This document shows, one piece after another, positions 8,499-15,796 of a stretch of DNA of 39,410 nt. The position numbers were made by a program, and so were the translations under genes. The DNA is from an uncultured Pseudomonadales bacterium (GTDB taxonomy: Bacteria > Patescibacteriota > Microgenomatia > UBA1400 > MFAQ01). The notes beneath the pieces were generated by a model. The model had not been told where the DNA came from, did no database searches, and worked only from the letters and a program-made list of their open reading frames with translations. Each line of letters starts with the position of its first letter. The first letter of the stretch is position 1. The stretch covers positions 1 to 39,410 of the forward strand of contig CAZIPD010000004.1 of NCBI GenBank assembly GCA_964541175.1, read 5' to 3'.

Positions 8499-8825
8499 TT
8501 ATATATTGATGGCCTTGACGGTGAAGTGGCTTTGAAATTGTCTGTGACCCATGACCCTGCGGTAACGGGATTTGGCTTTAAACTTGGCAACTCTGATCTT
8601 TTCTCCTTTATCCGTACCTTCGAAAGAAAGGTCAACGGAGGCGCCCGCTACAAAAGGGGCTCCTACTTGAGTTTTTTCTCCGTCACTTAGAAGAAGGACG
8701 TCTTTTACAGTGAGTTTTTCGCCTTCTTTGAGCTCAATTTTCTCGCTGATGATCTTGTCACCAACCCTGACCAAGTATTGTTTTGAGCCAAGTTGAATGA
8801 CGGCATGTAATTCTTTGTTTGTCAT
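8499..8825 (-). CDS. rplU: 50S ribosomal protein L21
   Basis: HAVIQLGSKQYLVRVGDKI...KFKAKSRYRRVMGHRQ is a typical L21 sequence. Confidence 0.95.
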   Translation of the reverse strand: MTNKELHAVIQLGSKQYLVRVGDKIISEKIELKEGEKLTVKDVLLLSDGEKTQVGAPFVAGASVDLSFEGTDKGEKIRVAKFKAKSRYRRVMGHRQFQSHFTVKAINI

Positions 8826-8833
8826 GGGCGCAA

Positions 8834-9889
8834 TTATATCTCAAAAGGGGTCATTAAATCAAGGAGCCTGAGCTCCAGACCAATGAGGATGGCAAAGCTG
8901 AGAAGCGAACTACCTCCGTAGGAAAAAATAGGTAAAGTGATTCCTGTCACAGGCATAACGCCCAGATTCATGCCAATATTGACCACGGTTTGGAAAACAA
9001 AGATGAAAAAGACCGATAAAGAAAGAAGGGAGTAGTTTTTCTGCCTGAGAAGCCCGGCTATTTTGAGGAATTTAGAGAATAGGAAGAAGTAAACAGAAAA
9101 GACAACGGTAATCCCCAAAAAGCCGAATTCTTCAGCAAAAGAGGCGAAGACAAAGTCGGTATGACGCTCCGGCAGGTAGTTGAGCTGAGATTGAGTTCCC
9201 AGGCGAACGCCTTTTCCCCACAAGCCACCCGAGCCGATAGCGATTGTTGCCTGAATAACGTTGTAGCCTGCACCTTTGGGATCTTTGTAGGGATTGATGA
9301 AACTCTCGAGGCGTTGTCTTTGATACGGCTTTAGGATCCGAGCTTCGAAAGGAAGGAATACGGCCAAGAAAACAGTGCCGATTATCAAAAGACGCTTGAG
9401 ATGACCCGTGACCGCCAGTAGTGCCAGGGGTAGAAATAGGAGCGTTAGGGCCGAACCAAGATCGGGTTGCCTGGCAACCAAAATCACCGGGATCATCGCC
9501 AATCCCAAAAATATGGCAAAACTTTGTCGAGTACGGAGATCGTTTCTTGAGAGATACTGGGAGTAAAAAACAGCCAGTAGTGGCTTGATGATTTCCGAGG
9601 TTTGAAGGTTGAAAAAACCAAGATCAATCCACCTTATCGATCCACGGACGTTCCTTCCAATGAGGGCGGTAAGCAAGATCAGCAGAATCGAGACAATGTA
9701 GAGAATCCCGGAGGTACTGAATAGTAAATTGATATCAAGTTGTGAGAGAAGAAAAATGATGATAATGCCGGCGACGAAGAAGGCAAATTGACTAAGGAAT
9801 AGCTCGGGCGTTGTACTCCAGATCGTCACCAAACCTAGAATCTGGACCAGTAGAAGCGCAAATATTATTGAGCCTTTTCTGGGCTTCAT
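8834..9889 (-). CDS. rodA: SEDS-family peptidoglycan polymerase (RodA/FtsW paralog)
   Basis: About 10 TM segments. SEDS motifs QPDLGSAL, ERHTDFVFASFAEEFGF and PVTGITLPIFSYGGSS. There is a 4-nt overlap with the ileS stop. Confidence 0.85.
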   Translation of the reverse strand: MKPRKGSIIFALLLVQILGLVTIWSTTPELFLSQFAFFVAGIIIIFLLSQLDINLLFSTSGILYIVSILLILLTALIGRNVRGSIRWIDLGFFNLQTSEIIKPLLAVFYSQYLSRNDLRTRQSFAIFLGLAMIPVILVARQPDLGSALTLLFLPLALLAVTGHLKRLLIIGTVFLAVFLPFEARILKPYQRQRLESFINPYKDPKGAGYNVIQATIAIGSGGLWGKGVRLGTQSQLNYLPERHTDFVFASFAEEFGFLGITVVFSVYFFLFSKFLKIAGLLRQKNYSLLSLSVFFIFVFQTVVNIGMNLGVMPVTGITLPIFSYGGSSLLSFAILIGLELRLLDLMTPFEI

Positions 9890-12714
9890 TGGTGGCGAAT
9901 AACTTTGAGCACATCACCTTTTGTCAGGTGATCAACCAAGGTTTTTCTTTTTATTTCTTCTGCGAATTCTTCCGGCCATTCTGGTAGCTGAAGATCAATT
10001 CTTTCGTTCAGTCGACACTCTAGAGTCTTTCTGGCTTCTTGAATTTCTCTGACGAGCTCTCTGGATCTTCCCTTTGATCTTAGGTGATCGGTCAGTTGAG
10101 TATCGAACTCTACTTTAGCTTCTTTAGACTCTTCCAAAATTACCTCTTCAACATTCAGCTCATCTTTTATCAGCTGAAGAAGCTCTGTTTCCTCTTTGAG
10201 GGTTTCAAAATTCCCAAAAACTCTGATCGATGAAAGTGGTTGTTTCGTTGCGATTCCTAGAGATTTTCTGGATGAGTTACCCATCTCGGCAATCTTTCTC
10301 ACTTGTGACATCTTGACCAGTAGTCCTGTATCAATCACACTTCTATCGGTAACGTCCGGCCAATCGGTCAGGTGAACCGAGTCTTCTCCAGTGAGGTGAC
10401 GATAGAGATATTCGGACATAAATGGAATTATTGGCGCACTAACCTTGAGGAATATTCTGAAGATCGTCGCCATGGTGGTGTACGCCAGCTCTTTATCCTC
10501 CAGATTTTCAGCTCCCGGACCAACTCTGTCGCGCGATCTTCTGATGAACCAAGTGGAGAGATCGTCTACGAATGACTTGAGAGAGGCTACCGATTTGGGA
10601 ACTTGATATGAAGAGAGAGACTCGTTTATGTCGATGACCGTTTGATCGAGTCTTGTTAATACCCATGCATCGAGAGCAGTCGGACGGGTTTTAAATTCGA
10701 CTTTAAACTCCCAGTCTTCAAGATTGGCATAGGTGGCAAAGTATTTGTATGAGTTCCAAAGTAGCATTAGGGTCGTTTTCAACTCGTTAGCCCAGTCGGA
10801 TTCGGAAATGGCTATGTCCTGACCCAAGACGATCGGAGAGCCCATGAGATATAGCCTTAATGAATCTGCGCCATATTTCCCGATAGCTTCTTTCGGGTCG
10901 GGGTAGTTCCCGTAGTTCTTACTCATCTTCCGGCCGTCGTTGCCTTGGATAACTCCGGTAACAATTACGTTTTTGAAGGCGATGGAGCCATATAGGAGAT
11001 TTGAGATAACGTGGGTGACATAGAACCAAGCCCTTAGCTGACCGGTGTATTCGGTAATAAAGTCGGCCGGAAAACTTTCTTTAAATTTCTGTTCATTTTC
11101 AAAAGGAAAATGGACCTGAGCATAAGGCATAGAAGCAGCCTCCACCCAGCTATCCAAAACCTCAGGAACCCTTTTTGCCTGACTAGCGCATTTTGGACAT
11201 TTGAGTGTCACCTGGTCAATGTCTGGACGGTGTAGATCGGTAATTTTCTTTCCCGAAAGTTTTTCAATTTCTTCAATAGATCCAACGACAATCCGCTCAC
11301 CGCATTCACACTCCCAGACCGGAATAGGAGTTCCCCAGTATCTGGTTCTTGATATACACCAATCGGGAGCCGAGTCTATTCCGAGTTCAAAACGACCGTG
11401 CTTAAAGAACTCAGGAACCCAGTTGATGTCTTGATTAGTATCCTTAAGTTGTTTTTTGATGCTTTGAATGTCGATGTACCAAGCTGTTTGTGATTTATAG
11501 AGTAATGGAGTTTCACATCTGTGGCAGTGTGGATAACTATGAGTAATAGTTGTACTCTTTAGCAATAATCCCCTTTCTTGAAGGTCGGCGATGATGAGCT
11601 TGTCCGATGCTTTGAAATATTTCCCCTGGGCTACCTCAACCAATGGATCCATTTTGCCAGTGTCATCGACCGATTCAGCCATGGATAGATTTTTGTTCTT
11701 GCCAAGCTGCGTATCGTCTTCACCGAATCCGGGAGCTATATGGACAATCCCGGTACCGTCTTCCATGGAGACAAAATCGGCCGTGTATACACGATGATCG
11801 TTGTCACTTGCTGGATAGTAGCTGTAGAGTGGTTCGTATTCTTTCCCCTCAAGTTCCTTCCCTTTGAGCTCCCTGACCACTTCGTAATCACTACCCAGGA
11901 CTGACTCCAGTCTGTCTTTGGCAAGTGTAAGGGTGACGTCCTGATGAATCACTTGAACATAATCACTATCAGCGGATACTCCCAGGGCATAGTTACTGGG
12001 GAGGGTCCAGGGAGTAGTAGTCCAAGCGAGAAGGTAGGTATCCTTCTCATTTTTCATCTTAAACTTGATGAAGACCGACGGGTCGGTAACGTCTTTGTAT
12101 GAATTATCCATTGCAACTTCAAAGTTGCTGATGGGAGTTGAACATCTGGGACAAAATAGAGAAACTCTTTTCCCCTTGTAGATGACGCCCTTGTCATGAA
12201 GTTCTTTGAATACCCAAAGGACTGATTCCATGTAAGAGATATCCATTGTTCTGTAGGAATTTTTGAAGTCCACCCAGCGACCGATGTGGTCGATGTACCA
12301 TTCCCATTCTGCCGAAACGTTACTGACGTAGGTTTTACAGGCAGAAACAAATTTATCGATACCCAGATCCTCAATCTCTTTTTTCGAATTTAATCCGAGT
12401 TCTTTTTCTACCTTGTTTTCGGCGGGAAGCCCATGACAGTCCCATCCCCAGACGCGCTCCACCCTCTTACCCTTCATGGTTTGGAAACGCGGAATGACGT
12501 CTTTGACTATCGATCCCAGAAGGTGGCCATAGTGAGGTTTACCGGTGACAAACGGTGGACCATCATAAAATCTGTAGGAGTTACTTTGACTTCTTTGCTC
12601 GATCGATTTTTCAAATGTTTTGTCTTTGCGCCAAACCTCAAGGACTTCTTCCTCAACCGCTGAGGGAGAATAGTTTTGACTTAATGGTTTGATGGTTTGT
12701 TTTTTTGTATCCAT
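9886..12714 (-). CDS. ileS: Isoleucyl-tRNA synthetase (eukaryote-like / type 2 form)
   Basis: HIGH motif PHYGHLLG, the WDCHGLP box, the editing domain, and KMSKS motif KMSKNYGN. The protein is 942 aa. Confidence 0.95.
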   Translation of the reverse strand: MDTKKQTIKPLSQNYSPSAVEEEVLEVWRKDKTFEKSIEQRSQSNSYRFYDGPPFVTGKPHYGHLLGSIVKDVIPRFQTMKGKRVERVWGWDCHGLPAENKVEKELGLNSKKEIEDLGIDKFVSACKTYVSNVSAEWEWYIDHIGRWVDFKNSYRTMDISYMESVLWVFKELHDKGVIYKGKRVSLFCPRCSTPISNFEVAMDNSYKDVTDPSVFIKFKMKNEKDTYLLAWTTTPWTLPSNYALGVSADSDYVQVIHQDVTLTLAKDRLESVLGSDYEVVRELKGKELEGKEYEPLYSYYPASDNDHRVYTADFVSMEDGTGIVHIAPGFGEDDTQLGKNKNLSMAESVDDTGKMDPLVEVAQGKYFKASDKLIIADLQERGLLLKSTTITHSYPHCHRCETPLLYKSQTAWYIDIQSIKKQLKDTNQDINWVPEFFKHGRFELGIDSAPDWCISRTRYWGTPIPVWECECGERIVVGSIEEIEKLSGKKITDLHRPDIDQVTLKCPKCASQAKRVPEVLDSWVEAASMPYAQVHFPFENEQKFKESFPADFITEYTGQLRAWFYVTHVISNLLYGSIAFKNVIVTGVIQGNDGRKMSKNYGNYPDPKEAIGKYGADSLRLYLMGSPIVLGQDIAISESDWANELKTTLMLLWNSYKYFATYANLEDWEFKVEFKTRPTALDAWVLTRLDQTVIDINESLSSYQVPKSVASLKSFVDDLSTWFIRRSRDRVGPGAENLEDKELAYTTMATIFRIFLKVSAPIIPFMSEYLYRHLTGEDSVHLTDWPDVTDRSVIDTGLLVKMSQVRKIAEMGNSSRKSLGIATKQPLSSIRVFGNFETLKEETELLQLIKDELNVEEVILEESKEAKVEFDTQLTDHLRSKGRSRELVREIQEARKTLECRLNERIDLQLPEWPEEFAEEIKRKTLVDHLTKGDVLKVIRHQ

Positions 12715-12918
12715 ATATATAAAAAATCCCAGCTTTAGAGCCAGTATAGCTCTTTTGCGGGATTAGAGCCCCGGACTTTGCCTGGGCGGTACCATCTAAT
12801 ATTTAACTTGATTGGAGGCTGTTACGGGCCATCCCGAAGAGTTCTACCCCCAGGTCACCCCGGGTTCTTCTCTTGGCTCGCCCGGTGATATCCGAGCTTA
12901 AATGCCTTTGAATTTGTG
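12715..12918 (-). promoter_or_regulatory. T-box riboswitch leader, Ile (AUC) specifier, upstream of ileS
   Basis: On the minus strand there is a hairpin GCUCG[GAUAUCACCGGG]CGAGC (12897..12876) and an AGAGA element. The antiterminator has helix A1 UUAGA/UCUAA, the 7-nt bulge UGGUACC and helix A2 GCCCAGG/CCGGGGC (12799..12763). It competes with the terminator downstream. Confidence 0.75.
12721..12764 (-). terminator. Intrinsic terminator of the T-box leader
   Basis: AAUCCCGC-AAA-AGAGC-UAUACUG-GCUCU-AAA-GCUGGGAUU followed by U6. The U-tract ends 6 nt before the ileS ATG. Confidence 0.7.
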
Positions 12919-12924
12919 AGTATT

Positions 12925-12953
12925 ATTATACCAATCTTTGTCTTGTACAATAA
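12925..12953 (-). promoter_or_regulatory. ileS/T-box promoter (TTATTG-17 nt-TATAAT with TGn extension)
   Basis: The minus strand reads TTATTGTACAAGACAAAGATTGGTATAAT. The -10 box is at 12930..12925 and TGG lies immediately upstream of it. Confidence 0.55.
12944..12951 (+). promoter_or_regulatory. Candidate extended -10 (TGTACAAT) for the downstream GT-C gene; near-leaderless
   Basis: TGTACAAT ends 8 nt before the ATG at 12960. There is no Shine-Dalgarno sequence in between. Confidence 0.35.
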
Positions 12954-12959
12954 GTTTAA

Positions 12960-14483
12960 ATGGGAGCGATACTTTTTTTGATTTCCAGGTTGTGGTTTTT
13001 GAACTGGGGAGAGGTGTTTTTTGATTCCGGGGAGTACCTGAGACGCTGGGCTGAACCTAGTTTATTTTCTGCGATCATAGGAGGTCACCCTCCATTACAC
13101 CTCGGGTATGTTGTGCATAATTGGGTTATATCCAATTTTTTTCAAAGGTTAGAGGCAGATCCTCTGCCGGTAATCTTGGTTCTGCAGGTTTGCTTGGCTC
13201 TATTGAGTGTGTATTCCTTCGGTGAGGTAATACTCAGGTTAACCGACGTTAAAACCGCCAGAAGAGCAATGATCTTGATCAGTGTACTGCCGATATTCTG
13301 GATCGTGAATGGGACGGTGACGATGGAAACGACATATTTGTTCTTTTTCTTTGCTAGCTTATTTTTCTTAAGCAGATATACCCAAAAGACGGGAAATGGT
13401 TGGCATCTATTACTAGTTTCGGTTTTTTGGATAATGGCATTTCTTACCCATACGGTGGTATTGATCTGGATACCATTTTTTATCTATCTTGCCTGGATAT
13501 GGAGCAAGGAGCGTTTTTGGAAGGTAATGATCGTCGGTGTACTTAGTATATTGACCGCCAGTATTATTAACGCGTTTTTTCTTTCATATTCACTGGGTAC
13601 TAATATTCAACAAGGATTCTATTGGTTGTATGCAGCCAAATTTGGAGAGCACGCTTGGTTTTCATTTGATATTGAAACTATAGTGAGGTATTTGAGGAAT
13701 TGGATCGTACCGCTCTTGTACAACAATACTTCGCCTCTGGTCATCCTTGGATTTCTGTCTTTGTTGAAACAGTGGAAGACGAGTAAAAAACTATTTGTCC
13801 TTGGTCTCTTGTGGCTTGGTCCTTCGCTAATTGCCAATCAGTGGTGGGATAGTTTGCTTTATGGTAGACACGCGTTAATTGCCAGTTTTGGCCTGGCTTT
13901 TTTTGCAGCTGCGATATTGAATAAATGGAGCTTTAAGTTAGTCTTTCTATTGATATTGGTCATATCTTTGCCAGCGCTTCTATTTTTAAGGAGCGGCATC
14001 CCTTATCAGTTGATGTCCGAAAAGGTTAGTACGCTTCCCGGAGGAGGACTATTAATCGATAGTCATTTTTCCCGCCCGTATACAGAAGGGAACTACTTTG
14101 GTGAAACCATATATGTAGATGAGCCCGGTTGGAGTATCGAGGAGGCAGGGAATCTGATAGTAAGTTATATAAATAACAAAAGAAATGTGTTCGTTACCGG
14201 ACATGCTTTAAGTGAGCCTTATGGGCTTTTCAGTGGACCATATCTTCACCCAATTTCACTGTCGTACAAGAACGATTACATCTTGGAGGGGTTAACAGAC
14301 AAGTGGGGTTTTGCCGAATACCAGGAGATCGACAGAGATCTGAACCTGATGATATACAAAATAACCACCAAAGGTGATAAATATCCGAGTATAGAGAAAC
14401 TTGATGAGAGCAAAAGAAGAATAGATTATTACGATCCTCTGCGAATACTGATATCAGGTATTAAGGGAGGTCTGAACTTATAA
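12960..14483 (+). CDS. Polytopic membrane protein, DUF2723/TMEM260-like GT-C glycosyltransferase candidate
   Basis: At least 10 predicted TM helices. The first loop carries FFDSGEY...GGHPPLHLGY, which resembles the DSGE...HPPGYPL signature of DUF2723 / protein O-mannosyltransferase-like GT-C enzymes. There is a soluble C-terminal domain. Confidence 0.6.
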   Translation: MGAILFLISRLWFLNWGEVFFDSGEYLRRWAEPSLFSAIIGGHPPLHLGYVVHNWVISNFFQRLEADPLPVILVLQVCLALLSVYSFGEVILRLTDVKTARRAMILISVLPIFWIVNGTVTMETTYLFFFFASLFFLSRYTQKTGNGWHLLLVSVFWIMAFLTHTVVLIWIPFFIYLAWIWSKERFWKVMIVGVLSILTASIINAFFLSYSLGTNIQQGFYWLYAAKFGEHAWFSFDIETIVRYLRNWIVPLLYNNTSPLVILGFLSLLKQWKTSKKLFVLGLLWLGPSLIANQWWDSLLYGRHALIASFGLAFFAAAILNKWSFKLVFLLILVISLPALLFLRSGIPYQLMSEKVSTLPGGGLLIDSHFSRPYTEGNYFGETIYVDEPGWSIEEAGNLIVSYINNKRNVFVTGHALSEPYGLFSGPYLHPISLSYKNDYILEGLTDKWGFAEYQEIDRDLNLMIYKITTKGDKYPSIEKLDESKRRIDYYDPLRILISGIKGGLNL

Positions 14484-14752
14484 CCGTAGACGATCACTCC
14501 CGTGTCGCCATTGTCCTTTAGTTTTCTGGTAACCATTTCTACAGGCATGCCGATATAAACATCCTTAATATCTACGTCGGTCAATTGAGCAGTGATAAGG
14601 ATCCCCTCTTCAAGTTTGACCAGGGCAACGATATAGGGAGTAAATTTTTCAAATCCCGTAGGAGCATCATAAACAACCGTGAATGAGTACACTTCTCCTC
14701 TTCCGGAGAACTGATAGGCTTCTTTTAGTCCGATCGAATGGCTTCTTTCCAT
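14429..14752 (-). CDS. DUF35-type OB-fold protein lacking the N-terminal zinc ribbon (possibly a gene remnant)
   Basis: FSGRGEVYSFTVVYDAPTGFEKFTPYIVALVKLEEGILITAQLTDVDIKDVYIGMPVEMV matches the DUF35 OB-fold core. No CxxC pairs are present. The 168 nt upstream that I translated in the DUF35 frame contain seven stop codons. The 3' 55 nt overlap the convergent gene. Confidence 0.5.
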   Translation of the reverse strand: MERSHSIGLKEAYQFSGRGEVYSFTVVYDAPTGFEKFTPYIVALVKLEEGILITAQLTDVDIKDVYIGMPVEMVTRKLKDNGDTGVIVYGYKFRPPLIPDISIRRGS

Positions 14753-14813
14753 GGGCGTATTTTCTCAGTTGATAGGTGCCAAAGTCTATCACATCTGTGC
14801 TCATGAAGTGAAC

Positions 14814-14842
14814 TTGACAGATAAAGACGGTAAGTGTAGTGT
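14814..14842 (+). promoter_or_regulatory. Candidate sigma70 promoter TTGACA-17 nt-TAGTGT
   Basis: Consensus -35 at 14814-14819, an exact 17-nt spacer, and -10 TAGTGT at 14837-14842 (the T1, A2 and T6 positions are conserved). Confidence 0.4.
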
Positions 14843-14872
14843 GTAATTAATCCCACAAAAAGGAGTGTTAAA

Positions 14873-14962
14873 ATGCCTCCTTTAGCATCTTCGCACATTT
14901 ATCAGTGGCAGTACAGCTTAGGGATATTTTCTTATTCCGGAATAATGTACTGCTCTCCATGA
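14873..14962 (+). CDS. Candidate small ORF, 29 aa (MPPLASSHIYQWQYSLGIFSYSGIMYCSP)
   Basis: ATG preceded by AAAAAGGAG with a 7-nt spacer. It lies between the candidate promoter and a plus-strand terminator, in an otherwise unassigned 343-nt gap. Confidence 0.3.
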   Translation: MPPLASSHIYQWQYSLGIFSYSGIMYCSP

Positions 14963-15051
14963 AAACCAGGAGACAAGTGACCTGACCGTACATGAGGCGC
15001 CGAAGATATCTGCCATGTAATCGGTATATGGTGACGAGGAATTTGGAATAT

Positions 15052-15090
15052 GAGGTCCAGTGGACTTGTTAACGCTGGGCCTCTTTATTT
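15052..15090 (+). terminator. Intrinsic terminator, plus-strand orientation
   Basis: GAGGUCCAG-(14-nt loop)-CUGGGCCUC, a 9-bp stem with one G-U pair, followed by UUUAUUU. On the minus strand the same stem has a C/A mismatch and no U tail. Confidence 0.5.
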
Positions 15091-15095
15091 GTGGG

Positions 15096-15752
15096 TTAAT
15101 AATCGATACGGATGTATTTTGTTTCTCCTTGAGGATTGATGTACTTGAGCGCCAGAGTCGGTTTAATATTTTTATCCTGGATCCAAGTGGCGATATCCGT
15201 AATCCAGTTTTTTTGGGTAACTTCGGTACCATAAGCGATATCAATTTTTTTGGTACGGCTGATCTCTCCCCGGTAGGAGTTTTGGTAGAAACTTTTTCCA
15301 TCTATGACCAAGACTAACTGCGGAGCAGGATCCCAACCGGTTTGTTGGATTGTAGAGGGGTTGATACTGGAACCTGAGGGATTGTTTTCCTCACCGATAA
15401 ATTCGAAGACTGAGTAATAGAAGGTCATTCCCTCTACGGCTTTTGAACCGTTAGCCTCATCGATGTTACTGAACTCTTTAACCTTGAATCTGGCTTTTCC
15501 GGAGAGATTGATAAGAGAGGCTTCCAGCTCTTCGAGTGAGTTGTAATTTACAGGGGCATTCTTATAGTCCCGAAGCCGAAATTCTATGGAGATCTCATCA
15601 CCTAGAGTAGCAGTATCTTCGAAGACTATTTCTTGGGATGAGGATTTGGGAGCTGCTTTTGATCTGATGTCCGCTTGTCCAGATTGCAAACAACCGGAAA
15701 GAAGAGCGCCTGAGAATATGGCGAGAAGGATAATGAACTTTGTTTTGTTCAT
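15096..15752 (-). CDS. Lipoprotein of unknown function
   Basis: MNKTKFIILLAIFSGALLSGC has a lipobox (L-S-G-C). An alternative ATG lies at 15761. This is the last gene of the VanW-ABC operon. Confidence 0.7.
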   Translation of the reverse strand: MNKTKFIILLAIFSGALLSGCLQSGQADIRSKAAPKSSSQEIVFEDTATLGDEISIEFRLRDYKNAPVNYNSLEELEASLINLSGKARFKVKEFSNIDEANGSKAVEGMTFYYSVFEFIGEENNPSGSSINPSTIQQTGWDPAPQLVLVIDGKSFYQNSYRGEISRTKKIDIAYGTEVTQKNWITDIATWIQDKNIKPTLALKYINPQGETKYIRIDY

Positions 15753-15796
15753 ATAATCCAATTCTATACACTTATTTGTAATAAAAGCAACTTTTA

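Noticed and set aside
14979-14987. GGUCAGGUC on the minus strand, which resembles the 5' part of the SRP (4.5S) RNA domain IV.
   Set aside because: The GGAA tetraloop and the GGAAGCAGCC 3' strand that should follow are absent. The surrounding sequence cannot form the long SRP helix.
14918-15301. 127-aa minus-strand ORF spanning the intergenic gap and the 3' end of the lipoprotein gene, and the 85-aa plus-strand ORF at 15060-15317.
   Set aside because: They show no motifs and have basic, low-complexity composition. They overlap the lipoprotein CDS and the terminator hairpin.
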